Shown: one piece after another, positions 44,223 to 53,724 of the stretch
How the letters are laid out: every line of letters starts with the position of its first letter
How positions within the stretch are numbered: the stretch's first letter is position 1
Assembly (NCBI GenBank): GCA_024280885.1
Contig: JAJRPF010000048.1
Coordinates: 95,868 to 159,867, forward strand
DNA from: Planctomycetota bacterium
Lineage (GTDB): Bacteria > Planctomycetota > JAJSAM01 > JAJVHW01
Length of the DNA: 64,000 bases
Direction of reading: 5' to 3'
Position numbers and translations under genes: made by a program
The notes under the pieces: generated by a model
The model's database searches: none
Told to the model about the DNA's origin: nothing
Seen by the model: the letters and a program-made list of their open reading frames with translations, nothing else

Positions 44223-47135
44223 CTACTCGAGGTTCTTCTGCGTCAGCGTACCCGTGACTTCGAGGGCGTCATCGACCCTGTCCGTGTCGGTGCCCGGTCC
44301 ACCGTCGGCCAGTACGTCCTCGCCAGCGAAACTGTTCATCACGATTTCGTCGTCGCCTGGGCCGGTCTTCACGGTGACATTGTTAAGGTCCCCACCCTCG
44401 AAGAGGACGAAGTCCGGGGCCTTCCCGGTCTTCACGGTGATGCTCCCGTTCCCCTCCTCGAAGCCGCAATCGCGGAACGTCACGCGAGCTGACAACGAGG
44501 AGTTCGCCCGGATCTTGATGTCGCCCTCATCGAACTCCTGGCGGGTGAAACTGATCGTGTCGAGGCCGCCCTTCGCCTTGATCGACGCACCGAGGAACAT
44601 CCCGCCATCGGACGCGACGAACTCAAGACTGCCCTTTCCGCGGAGCTTCAACTCCTCCAAGAAGCAGTTCCTGAACTTGATCTTGTTGAAGTCGCCCACC
44701 TCTGCGGTTCCTGTCGTCTTGATATTCGTCAGGCCGTCGATGGACGAGTCTCCGAAGAGCGCGCTACAACCCCGCTTCCCGGTTTGGAGGATCAGGCCAC
44801 CGTCGTCGATCTCGATGTCGTCGGCGAGGATCTGAATCGCTTCACAGCGCTTCGCCCGGATCACGAGCGCGCCCTTCTCGTGGCGGTTCTCCTGAAGCGT
44901 GATCTGGTCGAGGATGTCGCGTCCGGGATCGATCGTCAGTGTGTCTGTGAAGCTCGATCTCCGTACCGTCAGCAGGTCGAATTCGTTCCCGCCGCGGAGC
45001 GTCGTCGTGTGCATGTCGCAGGCGATGAGTTGGACCGTGCTGTCGAAGCTGCCGCCGCTTTGGATCAATGTCCGTCCGTCGGCTCCTGTGCCGGCGAGTT
45101 CGATCAGCGACTTCCCATCGCCGCCCCGGATCGAGAGGTTGCGCGTGAAGAAGCAATCGTCGATGTCCACGCGCTCGAAGACTCCGTTGCCGGTCGTGAT
45201 CCGCGTCGAGCCAGCGATCTCGACCTCGTTCATGATCAGCGTGTCCGAGCCAGCTCCCATGTCGATCGAAAGGTTGCGCCCGACGTCCTGCCCGCTGGCC
45301 CTGTCTCCCGCAGGGTCGCTCGACGTGAACACCACGCGATCGTCGCCCGGCCCCATGCGGATCTTCACGCCCTTCGGTGCATCGAACTCGAATTCGCGCT
45401 CCTCGTCGTTGATCGACGTCCCCTCCCCGGGCCGGACGAAGAACACGCCGCCGCCGTCGCCCTCGATCGTGATTGAGCACCCTTCCTTGCCGCCGCGGAT
45501 GTCGAGACTTCCGCCGCGCACGCTCACCTTGACGTCGCAGAGCTCCGGAGGTGGCTCGAGCCGCACTCCGTAGATCCCGTTGGCAACGTCGCCGGTGCCG
45601 CCCCCCTTCAGGATCACGATCAATTCACCGTTGTCGCGGAAGCGTGTCGCGTGGCCGTCGATGCCGGGCCCGGTGAGTGGAGGCAGTCGCGGATTCGTGC
45701 TGGCGATGGCGACGACTCGTGCCTCTCCACCGTCGGCCGTCGCGACCATGTCGCGTGCCTCCAACGCGACGCGCATCAGCCCCGGCTCATCCTTGTCCTC
45801 GATCAGAACGGCCTCGCCGGTGCTGATATGAGGGGTGAGGACGACCTCTGCAGCGATGCGGCCCGACGAGTTCACGTGTACGGACTGGAGCGTCTTGACG
45901 GTTGTCATCTGCACGCCGTTCTGGAACTCCATCCCCTCGAAGATGACGACCTGCAGTTTCGTGTCCGCCGCGGGGTCGTAGCGCCACGCGCTCTCGCGAT
46001 CGACGATCACGACCTTGTTTCCGTCGCACGCGGCGACTCGGACCTCTCCGGTCGCCATCTGCGTGAACGTCGCGCCGCGGTGCGTGTCGCCTGTACGGAT
46101 GACGGGCGCGCCGGGGGCGTTGGTGTCGTAGACCGCCCAGCCCTCCAGCGCGCCTGTGAGGGGCACGCTGTACGCCGCATCCAACTTGCCTCCCTTGACG
46201 CCGCGCACGGACGCGCTGGGGGCGCCGAAGAACGGACCGGGGATCGTCGTGCCCGGAACGCCGGGTGCGTCGTCGCCCTGACGTGCGAGCAGCGTGAGAC
46301 TGCCGCCGGGGACCCGTGAGAGGATGGCCGTGCGGTTCGCTCCGAAACCAAAGTCGCCTGGTGCGCGGAACCCCGCTTGGACGATGAGCGCCCCATCGCT
46401 CGATACCGATGTCGGCAGAAAGTTTCCCGAGTACATGTTTCCGCCTCCGCCCGGGAGGGACGTCGCGTCGCGAGCGAGTTCGACGACCTGTGAGGCCGCG
46501 TCCTTACCGACGAGCAGCGAGAAGAGCTTGTCGGCCTCGCCCTCCGTCGAGACTCGGAGCCCCGCGGCCGCGTAGACGAAATCGTCGTGGACGAATGGCT
46601 CCCCGAGGCCCGTCAACACGGCGCCACTGCCGAGTGCGGCCCTTCCATTGAGAGCCTCTCGCAAGGAGAGACTGGACGCGGATCCGAGCGCCGAGCGCAC
46701 TGCCGGAACGCCTGGTGAGGACTCCCGCACAGAGAACGCCACGCGTCCCGAGCGCGGGAAGAACACGCGATCCACGGCGTCGATCACGCGCGCCGGATCG
46801 CTCGCCCCGGACGACGTGCGCATCGCAGTCCCTTCGCGTAGCACCAGTGAGATCGGTCCAGCTTCCGTCGTGCCGACATCTACAGCGAACCAGGTCTGTT
46901 GACCGGGGAAGGGCACCGTCGGGCCATTGGAGATGAGCCCCTCGAAGAGTAGACGCCCGGCTTCGCTAACTCCCACGAGCGTCAGGTATCGAACAGTTTG
47001 TCCATCGGCGAGTTGGTCCGCCTCGTTCTCTCCGGGAGCCACGAGCAGCCGCGCGCTCCCCTCGCCGCCGGTGGCGGTCGAAGCGAGGTATCCGAACGCC
47101 GTGACCGCGAGCAGGGCAAGTTGAGCGGTGCGCAT
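44223..47135 (-). CDS. Large secreted protein: propeller-like repeats plus C-terminal beta-helix
   Basis: Signal peptide; LLARQGDDAPG and VNSSGRIAAE repeats; I.MG.G.D beta-roll repeats. Confidence 0.75.
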   Translation of the reverse strand: MRTAQLALLAVTAFGYLASTATGGEGSARLLVAPGENEADQLADGQTVRYLTLVGVSEAGRLLFEGLISNGPTVPFPGQQTWFAVDVGTTEAGPISLVLREGTAMRTSSGASDPARVIDAVDRVFFPRSGRVAFSVRESSPGVPAVRSALGSASSLSLREALNGRAALGSGAVLTGLGEPFVHDDFVYAAAGLRVSTEGEADKLFSLLVGKDAASQVVELARDATSLPGGGGNMYSGNFLPTSVSSDGALIVQAGFRAPGDFGFGANRTAILSRVPGGSLTLLARQGDDAPGVPGTTIPGPFFGAPSASVRGVKGGKLDAAYSVPLTGALEGWAVYDTNAPGAPVIRTGDTHRGATFTQMATGEVRVAACDGNKVVIVDRESAWRYDPAADTKLQVVIFEGMEFQNGVQMTTVKTLQSVHVNSSGRIAAEVVLTPHISTGEAVLIEDKDEPGLMRVALEARDMVATADGGEARVVAIASTNPRLPPLTGPGIDGHATRFRDNGELIVILKGGGTGDVANGIYGVRLEPPPELCDVKVSVRGGSLDIRGGKEGCSITIEGDGGGVFFVRPGEGTSINDEEREFEFDAPKGVKIRMGPGDDRVVFTSSDPAGDRASGQDVGRNLSIDMGAGSDTLIMNEVEIAGSTRITTGNGVFERVDIDDCFFTRNLSIRGGDGKSLIELAGTGADGRTLIQSGGSFDSTVQLIACDMHTTTLRGGNEFDLLTVRRSSFTDTLTIDPGRDILDQITLQENRHEKGALVIRAKRCEAIQILADDIEIDDGGLILQTGKRGCSALFGDSSIDGLTNIKTTGTAEVGDFNKIKFRNCFLEELKLRGKGSLEFVASDGGMFLGASIKAKGGLDTISFTRQEFDEGDIKIRANSSLSARVTFRDCGFEEGNGSITVKTGKAPDFVLFEGGDLNNVTVKTGPGDDEIVMNSFAGEDVLADGGPGTDTDRVDDALEVTGTLTQKNLE

Positions 47136-47251
47136 GGGGTCTCCTCAGGGGGCAGTAGACTCTGAATTCGGACGCGCTGCCATCAGGGAAGATCGACATC
47201 CGCCGCGGGGTCAGACACCGAATCCGGGCCTGACGACCCGCGGGCGGTCCG

Positions 47252-48649
47252 CTACACGCTGTGGATCTGGAACCCGTGGACCGCTTCCGCGGCTTCCATC
47301 ACCGCTTCGGGCAACGTCGGGTGCGCGTGGATCGTCGCAGCGATGTCCTCGACGCGCGCGGCCATCTCGATAGCGAGCGTACCTTCGGCGATGAGCTCCG
47401 TCGCATCCGGACCGACGATGTGCACTCCGAGCACGACGTCGGTCTTCTTGTCGACGACGACCTTCGCGAAGCCCTCGGCTTCGACTAGCGAGAGAGCGCG
47501 CCCGTTCGCGCTGAATGGGCTTCTGCCGACTGCGACGTCGTAGCCGGCTTCCTTCGCCTGCGCTTCCGTCATGCCGACGGACGCGATCTCCGGGTCGGTG
47601 AAGATGACGGCTGGCACGACGCGATAGTCGCACGCACTCGGCAGTCCGCAGATGACCTCGGCGGCGACGCAGCCCTCGCGGCTGGCCTTATGCGCGAGCA
47701 TCGGCTGCCCCGCGACGTCACCGATGGCGTACACATGCGCGGTGGTCGTCTTGCGCTGCTCGTTCACGACGATGAAGCCGTGATCGTCCACCTGCACCCC
47801 GATCTCCGCGAGTCCGAGGGCCTCGGAGTTCGGGCGTCGGCCGACCGTGCTGAGGATCCAATCGGCCTCGATCGTCTCGTGGCCCTTCTTCGTCTTGATC
47901 GAGACGACGACGCCATCTTCGGTCTTCTCGAAGCTCTCGGCGAACGACGACAGATACGTCTTCACCTTCTTCTTCTTGAGCGAACGCGCGACCACCTTGA
48001 CGAGCTCCGGGTCCTGCCCCGGCAGAAGAGAAGCGGTCGCCTCGACGACCACGATCTCGACACCGAGATTGCGCAGGAATGTCCCGATCTCAAGACCGAT
48101 GTAGCCGCCGCCGATCACGAGCACCTTCTTCGGCATCGTGTCGAGGGCGAGAGCTTCGGTCGAGCCCTTGACGTACGTGCCATCGACGGGGAAGGGCTTC
48201 AGCTCGATGGGGCGCGAGCCGGTCGCGATGATCACGTCGCCCGCCTCGATCTCCTCGGTGCCGCCGTCCGCCAGATCGACGTGGAGCTTGGTCGGGGAGA
48301 GGAAGCGCGCCTCGCCCGCCACATGCTCGATCTTGTGGTGCTTGAAAAGGAAGCCGACGCCGCCCGTCAGCCGCTCGACGATCTTCTGCTTCCACGCGAC
48401 GAGCTTCTGCATGTCCACGGAGACGTCACCGACCGTGATGCCCATCTCAGGGAACGTCTTCTGCGTCTTGAGCACCGACTTGCCGGCGTTGATCATTGCC
48501 TTCGACGGAATGCAGCCGACGTTGAGGCAGACACCGCCGATGAACTCGCGCTCGACACAGATCACGCTCTTGCCGTGCTGCGCGGCGCGAATGGCTGCCA
48601 CATACCCGCCGGGCCCGGCTCCGATGACGACGACGTCGGCCTTCTTCAT
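47252..48649 (-). CDS. lpdA: Dihydrolipoyl dehydrogenase (E3)
   Basis: GAGPGGY, GGVCLNVGCIPSK, GGGYIGLE, HAHPTLPE. Confidence 0.97.
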   Translation of the reverse strand: MKKADVVVIGAGPGGYVAAIRAAQHGKSVICVEREFIGGVCLNVGCIPSKAMINAGKSVLKTQKTFPEMGITVGDVSVDMQKLVAWKQKIVERLTGGVGFLFKHHKIEHVAGEARFLSPTKLHVDLADGGTEEIEAGDVIIATGSRPIELKPFPVDGTYVKGSTEALALDTMPKKVLVIGGGYIGLEIGTFLRNLGVEIVVVEATASLLPGQDPELVKVVARSLKKKKVKTYLSSFAESFEKTEDGVVVSIKTKKGHETIEADWILSTVGRRPNSEALGLAEIGVQVDDHGFIVVNEQRKTTTAHVYAIGDVAGQPMLAHKASREGCVAAEVICGLPSACDYRVVPAVIFTDPEIASVGMTEAQAKEAGYDVAVGRSPFSANGRALSLVEAEGFAKVVVDKKTDVVLGVHIVGPDATELIAEGTLAIEMAARVEDIAATIHAHPTLPEAVMEAAEAVHGFQIHSV

Positions 48650-49105
48650 GGTCTCTGCTCCGTTCAGGGAATCGTGGACGCGCGCACATCCGGACGCAGA
48701 TCCGGAACGACCGAGCATGCTACGTCGGGCGACCTGATCCCTGAACGGAACGCGGGGAGCGGCCGCGAGTCAACACCCGCGCGCCGGCGCGATGTCGGGG
48801 AGTCCTATAGCCTGGTGGCCGGTCTCGACGACCTTCCGTGCCTTGGGCTCGGCGGGAAGCGCCCGGAGCGTGGCGAGAAGGGCGAGTGAGAGCGTCAACG
48901 GCCGCCGACGCGGTTCGCGATGATCCGGCATGTGGGCCTCCGTGGTGGGGAGCCCTTGCCGGTCCCCAACCCATCGATGGGACGGCGCCGCGAGCGGCCG
49001 ACACCCTCGCAACACGCGTCCTCCAGCAGACGTGGGCCACTCGTAACGCCCGTGCCCGCGCCGCGCCTCGTCCGCGTGGGGCACGCTGCGTGCGAAGTGA
49101 TCCGC

Positions 49106-50555
49106 ATGAGCCGGGTGCGCATCGGATTGCTGACCGTCGCGGCCGCCGCTCTCGGCGGCGCGTCGGGTGCGCTCTCCGTGGCACATGCCGAACTGCCCGT
49201 GGCCGCGTCGGACGGGCGTTACGCCCTCGCCCCTCGCGCGGTGTGCGGTGTGCGGCGTGCGCTCGGTCACTCGCGAGCGTGTGCGCATGCCAGCTCTTGC
49301 GGTTGTGGAGGACACGGCACTCGCCGTGGTATCGCCGTCGAGCGAAGAGCAACCGCACGACGCTCTGACCAGTTGGCCGGGTCCACCGATCGAGGTGCGC
49401 GTCGTACACGGCGTGACAGGCGACACGGTGAGCCTCGCTGGCGTCGCGATCGCGGAGCGGCGCATCCCTCAGGGGCAGCCGTCGATGGCAGGACCCGTGC
49501 CGATGACCCGCGACGGCTCGCACTTCCGGCTCGACGTGAGCCCCACGTACCTCGACGACACCTCGGGCTTCACGTTCATCGTCGATCCACCGCGGGCCTT
49601 GCTCGTCGGCACCGACGAGGCCATCGAGCGCACGTACGTTCGCGTCAGCCCGTTCGCGCGTCGACTGCGCGCGACGGTTCCCTTGCGTCGCGCGACCGAG
49701 GTCGATCTCGACGCGCGCTGGGAGGACGGACGTCGAATCCGCGGCGGCCGCGGCGAGTTCTCGGTGTCCATCGGCGGGCGGACGTACGAAGTTCCGAGCC
49801 GCGCTCCTCGGCGTGTCGCGATCCCCTATCTGCTCGGTGAGAGCGTCTACACATATGCGAAGGTCGGCCGCACCTGGGCGGATGTGACGACTCCGCTCCT
49901 CTCGTACGCGCCACACCTCGACGTTGTTCTTCGCGTTCCACGCAAGCTCTCCGATTGCGATGACTTGTACGGTGGGTACCGCGCGCCCAGTGGCTCGGTC
50001 AGGGGGTGCGGCGGTCCCGCCCCAGACCTGCCGGCCGGAATGGCTGTTCTCGACCTGCGTGTGCTTCTGCGCGACGGGCGGCCCGCCGCGGGTGCCTGGG
50101 TCCGTGTGCGCGACGGATCCGACCGACGCGCCTACGGACGCACCCGCGTCGATGCCGAGGGGCGCGCGTTCTTCGGCCGACTCGGCGCGGGTACGTACTC
50201 GATCGAGATCGAGGCCGTCGGCATGGTCCCGATCACGGCCACCGCGGATCTCGAAGACGGTGAGCATCCGGTCCTGCACCTGATCGAGCCCATCGGTGAC
50301 ACGGCCGAGATCACCGTTCTGAACGCTCGCGGTATGCGGCTACCGTTCGCGCGCGTCGAAGTGGACAGCGACTACGTCGGGCTGGCTCCCGGGGGCGTCC
50401 AACTGCTCGACCACTTCACCGGAACGGACGGCATCTGTCGTGTCGAGCGCATGCCCGATCAGAAGACGGGCGTCGTCGCGCGATGGGCCGGCCGCTCCGG
50501 CACGGCGACCTGGATACCGGGCGAGCCCCTGACGATCACGATCCCAGAGCGGTGA
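49106..50555 (+). pseudogene. Secreted carboxypeptidase-regulatory-like-domain protein, frameshifted by a 7-bp tandem duplication
   Basis: Signal peptide MSRVRIGLLTVAAAALGG..AHA is in a different frame from the body (DGRPAAGAWV..TRVDAEGRAFFGRLGAGTYSIEIEA); GTGTGCG duplicated at 49241-49254. Confidence 0.7.
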
Positions 50556-50970
50556 CCATGTCGTGCCCGCGCGCCCACTCGGGTGGCGCGCACTCCGACA
50601 CGTGCGTCGTGCGGTCGAAGGGGATGTGGACGACTTGGTTCACGTACTCTTCCGCGCTGCTTGCTTCGGCGACGGCGAGGAGGTCGTCGATCAGTACGTG
50701 CGGGGCGCGGGCCTCCGCCACGATGATGAGTCCCGACATCGTCTCCCCGGTTGCGGTTCGGTCGTGCGCCGCCGCGGTCATCGTACGGATGTCATGGGAG
50801 AGCACAATACGACCGAGACTTGCGGCCCACGCGAGCACTCCCGGATCGTCGAGGCCACTGCGACCGGCATCGACTACGCGGATCGCGTCGAACTCTTGAT
50901 CCCGGCTGCGCAGCGCGCGCAGGAGAGGACCGTTGAAGTTCTCGTCGGTGACGAAGCGCGGCCTGGTCAT
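50536..50970 (-). CDS. DUF5615 PIN-like toxin (VapC45-like)
   Basis: RFVTDEN, GLDDPGVLAWA..GRIVLSHD; ATGA-coupled to DUF433 gene. Confidence 0.85.
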   Translation of the reverse strand: MTRPRFVTDENFNGPLLRALRSRDQEFDAIRVVDAGRSGLDDPGVLAWAASLGRIVLSHDIRTMTAAAHDRTATGETMSGLIIVAEARAPHVLIDDLLAVAEASSAEEYVNQVVHIPFDRTTHVSECAPPEWARGHDMVTALGS

Positions 50971-51314
50971 TTGCTGCGCTGCGCGAGCATCAGGTCCCGG
51001 CGCGCGATCAGCCGGGCACGCAATTCTGCGTTGCCCGGCCCCGCTTCGGCTTGCGCCCTGAGTTCGTCGCCGATTCGCCGGGCCTCGATGAGGTATGCAT
51101 CGGCCTGCTCGCGGTGGCGGAAGTACCAGGCCAGTACTGCGTGGACGTCGGCGACCGCGAGCGTCGGAAATCGTTCGACGATCCCCTGGACAGTGGCGCC
51201 GTCCTGGTACTTCCAGAGCACCATCTCCAGCGCGATGCGTGTCGGGCCAACGCGGACGGCACCGTCGGTGTCGATGCGGATGGGGAGTGCGAGCGGTTCG
51301 AGGTCGAGCGTCAT
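50967..51314 (-). CDS. DUF433 antitoxin
   Basis: GAVRVGPTRIALEMVL..GATVQGIVERFPTLAVADVHAVLAWY. Confidence 0.88.
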   Translation of the reverse strand: MTLDLEPLALPIRIDTDGAVRVGPTRIALEMVLWKYQDGATVQGIVERFPTLAVADVHAVLAWYFRHREQADAYLIEARRIGDELRAQAEAGPGNAELRARLIARRDLMLAQRSK

Positions 51315-51446
51315 GCAGAGAGCATAGCATCCCGAACAGTGGCGCGATTCGGCGCGCAGGTTCCGTTCCTGTCGGAGCCCCACGCGGAGCCCACGCCGCT
51401 TCGGAGAGATCATGGCGGCGAGTCGTCCCGTATGCTGTCGTGTGCC

Positions 51447-52397
51447 ATGCTGAGAACTCTGCTTGCCGTTGCGATCCTGGGTACGACTCTCTTCCCGGGT
51501 GCGGTCGCGAACGCCGCCGAGGACGCGAGCGGCGACACGATGAGCGTACGCCGGATGCGGGCCAAGCCGAGGCGTGCCACGCGAATGGAGACGGTCTACC
51601 GGCTCCGTCTGAATCTCCGGATCCAGCCGACCGCAGAGCTTCTCGCGTTCGATCCCAAGCGCGACGAGATCGGTGTCCAACTCGGACTCAGGCTCTTGGC
51701 GGACTCGGCGACCGGTGGTCGTCGCGCGGCCCTGCGGCGTCGCGCCAAACTCGTCACGTACTGGAAGCGAAGTGCGCGCGGTCGCGTGAGTGTCAGGTTG
51801 AACCTTCGTAGCGGACGCTGCCGCGTTGTCGCCCGAAACGTCGCGTCTGTCACGGGGTGGTACGGCGACGATGGCACCGTCGCAACGCTCACCGTCGGCG
51901 ACGTCCGGTATCACGCGAACTTTCGACCAGAGTACGACTTCGGCGATGGGAAGCGAGCCGGGTGGTACCTCTTCGACGGCGCGCCGGGCGACGCTGTGCC
52001 ACCCCCGCCAGAGCCGGGGGAACAACTCTCGTTTCGGCGCATAGTCAGCGAGTTCAGCAGCGGGCGCAGTGGGGGGGCGGAGGAGTTTCGCGAGGCCAGA
52101 TCGTTCGCCGATCGATGGCAGCGGCACGGGCACCCTGGGGAACAGCTTCCGTTCGTGGACTTTGAGACCGAAACAGCGTTCTACGTCAACCTCGGCGGTC
52201 GCGCAGATTACGGCTACCTGGTGGAGGTGACCGCAGTGATCGCGCGGCCCACCGGGTTGGAAATCCAGTTCACCGAACTCGTGCCGTGCGGTGGTTCTGG
52301 CCAAGGATCGAGCACCGCCTTCGCACTGATCGCGGTAGAGCGAACCGACACGAGCGTGGTCATCGTGTCCCGAACTGCCCAGCGCTGCAGGGACTGA
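51447..52397 (+). CDS. Secreted protein with PrcB-like C-terminal domain (paralog of 42146-43141)
   Basis: Signal peptide; LPFVDFETETAFYVNLGGRADYGYLVEV. Confidence 0.72.
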   Translation: MLRTLLAVAILGTTLFPGAVANAAEDASGDTMSVRRMRAKPRRATRMETVYRLRLNLRIQPTAELLAFDPKRDEIGVQLGLRLLADSATGGRRAALRRRAKLVTYWKRSARGRVSVRLNLRSGRCRVVARNVASVTGWYGDDGTVATLTVGDVRYHANFRPEYDFGDGKRAGWYLFDGAPGDAVPPPPEPGEQLSFRRIVSEFSSGRSGGAEEFREARSFADRWQRHGHPGEQLPFVDFETETAFYVNLGGRADYGYLVEVTAVIARPTGLEIQFTELVPCGGSGQGSSTAFALIAVERTDTSVVIVSRTAQRCRD

Positions 52398-52427
52398 ACT
52401 CCCCGCTCGCGTGGCGCGGGGCTCTCG

Positions 52428-53723
52428 TCAGAGGGGGAACTCGCCCTCGGCTGTCTGGCCCTCTTCGAAGAAGGGGCGGACGTCTTCGAGCTGCTCGGTG
52501 AGGCAGTCGAGCGGCGTCGCGTAGACGTCGGCGATCAGCGTCTCGAGCGCGGGCGGGGCGGCCTTCTCGGCTTCCTTGATCTCGGCGGAGATCAACTCGC
52601 TCTGCGCCTCGTTCGCCGCGGCTTCCTTGGCGTCGTCCCAGATCCCGCGCGTCTCGAGGTAGAGCCGCATGCGGTCGATCGGGTCCTTCTTCTCCCACGG
52701 TTCGACTTCGGCCGGATCGCGGTAGACCGTGGGGTCGTCGCTGCTGCTGTGGCCCTGGCGGCGGTAGGTGACGAGTTCAAGGAACGTCGGGCCGTCGCCG
52801 CTCCGTGCGCGTTCGACAGCCTGGCGTGTGGCGGCGACGACGGCGAGGATGTCGTTGCCGTCGACGCGCACGCCGGGGATGCCGTAGCCGCGCGCTTTGA
52901 CAGCGATCGTCGGTGACGCTGTCTGGTCCTTGACGGGGACCGAGATCGCCCAATGGTTGTTCTGGCAGATGAGAACGACCGGGCACTTCCAGACGCCGGC
53001 GAACGTCATCGCAACGTGGAAATCGTGTTCGCTTGTCGCGCCGTCGCCCATGTACGCCAGGACGATGCTGCCGTCGTCGCGGATCTGCGCGGCGCGCGCG
53101 GCGCCGACGGCCTGCGGGACCTGCGTCGCGATGGGGCTACTCAGCGAGACGTGGTTCGCCGCGCGAAAGCTGAAGTGCATGGGCTGCTGATGGCCCTTTT
53201 GCTCGTCGTGGCTATTGCCCATGAGCTGGGCGATATAGCGACTGACGGGCATGCCGCGCATCAGTGCGGCGCCGCCCTCGCGCAACGCGGGAAAGAGCCA
53301 GTCGTCTGCGCCGATACACGCGCTACTGCCGACTGTCGCCGCTTCCTGGCCGGTGGACGTGCCGTAGAACGCGATGCGGCCTTGGCGCTGTAGTCGCAGG
53401 CAACGCGTGTCGAGATTGCGGATGAGGAGCATCTGCTCGTAGAGCGCGATCGCCTCGGCGTCGCTGAGCCCCGGATCGCGCGTCGGGTCTGCCGTGCCGT
53501 CTTCGCGCAGGACGGTGTAGAGGCCGAGGTCCGCGGCCATTCCGGGTCCGGCAGGCGCTGACGTCTCGACTGCATCTGCTTCCGGCATCGCTTCCGGCAC
53601 CATCTCCGGCACCGACTCCGGCTCCGTGACCGGATCCACGACATCTGGCACCAGTGCGTCCTTCGCCGGTGGCTCGGCGTCGGCATCCGGAAACAGGAAC
53701 GGTGCGCTGCCCTCGCTCGCCAT
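52428..53723 (-). CDS. 2-oxoacid dehydrogenase E1 alpha subunit (second copy, acidic N-terminal extension)
   Basis: LQRQGRIAFY, GDGATS..QNN TPP motif, HSSSDDP. Confidence 0.93.
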   Translation of the reverse strand: MASEGSAPFLFPDADAEPPAKDALVPDVVDPVTEPESVPEMVPEAMPEADAVETSAPAGPGMAADLGLYTVLREDGTADPTRDPGLSDAEAIALYEQMLLIRNLDTRCLRLQRQGRIAFYGTSTGQEAATVGSSACIGADDWLFPALREGGAALMRGMPVSRYIAQLMGNSHDEQKGHQQPMHFSFRAANHVSLSSPIATQVPQAVGAARAAQIRDDGSIVLAYMGDGATSEHDFHVAMTFAGVWKCPVVLICQNNHWAISVPVKDQTASPTIAVKARGYGIPGVRVDGNDILAVVAATRQAVERARSGDGPTFLELVTYRRQGHSSSDDPTVYRDPAEVEPWEKKDPIDRMRLYLETRGIWDDAKEAAANEAQSELISAEIKEAEKAAPPALETLIADVYATPLDCLTEQLEDVRPFFEEGQTAEGEFPL

Positions 53724-53724
53724 T

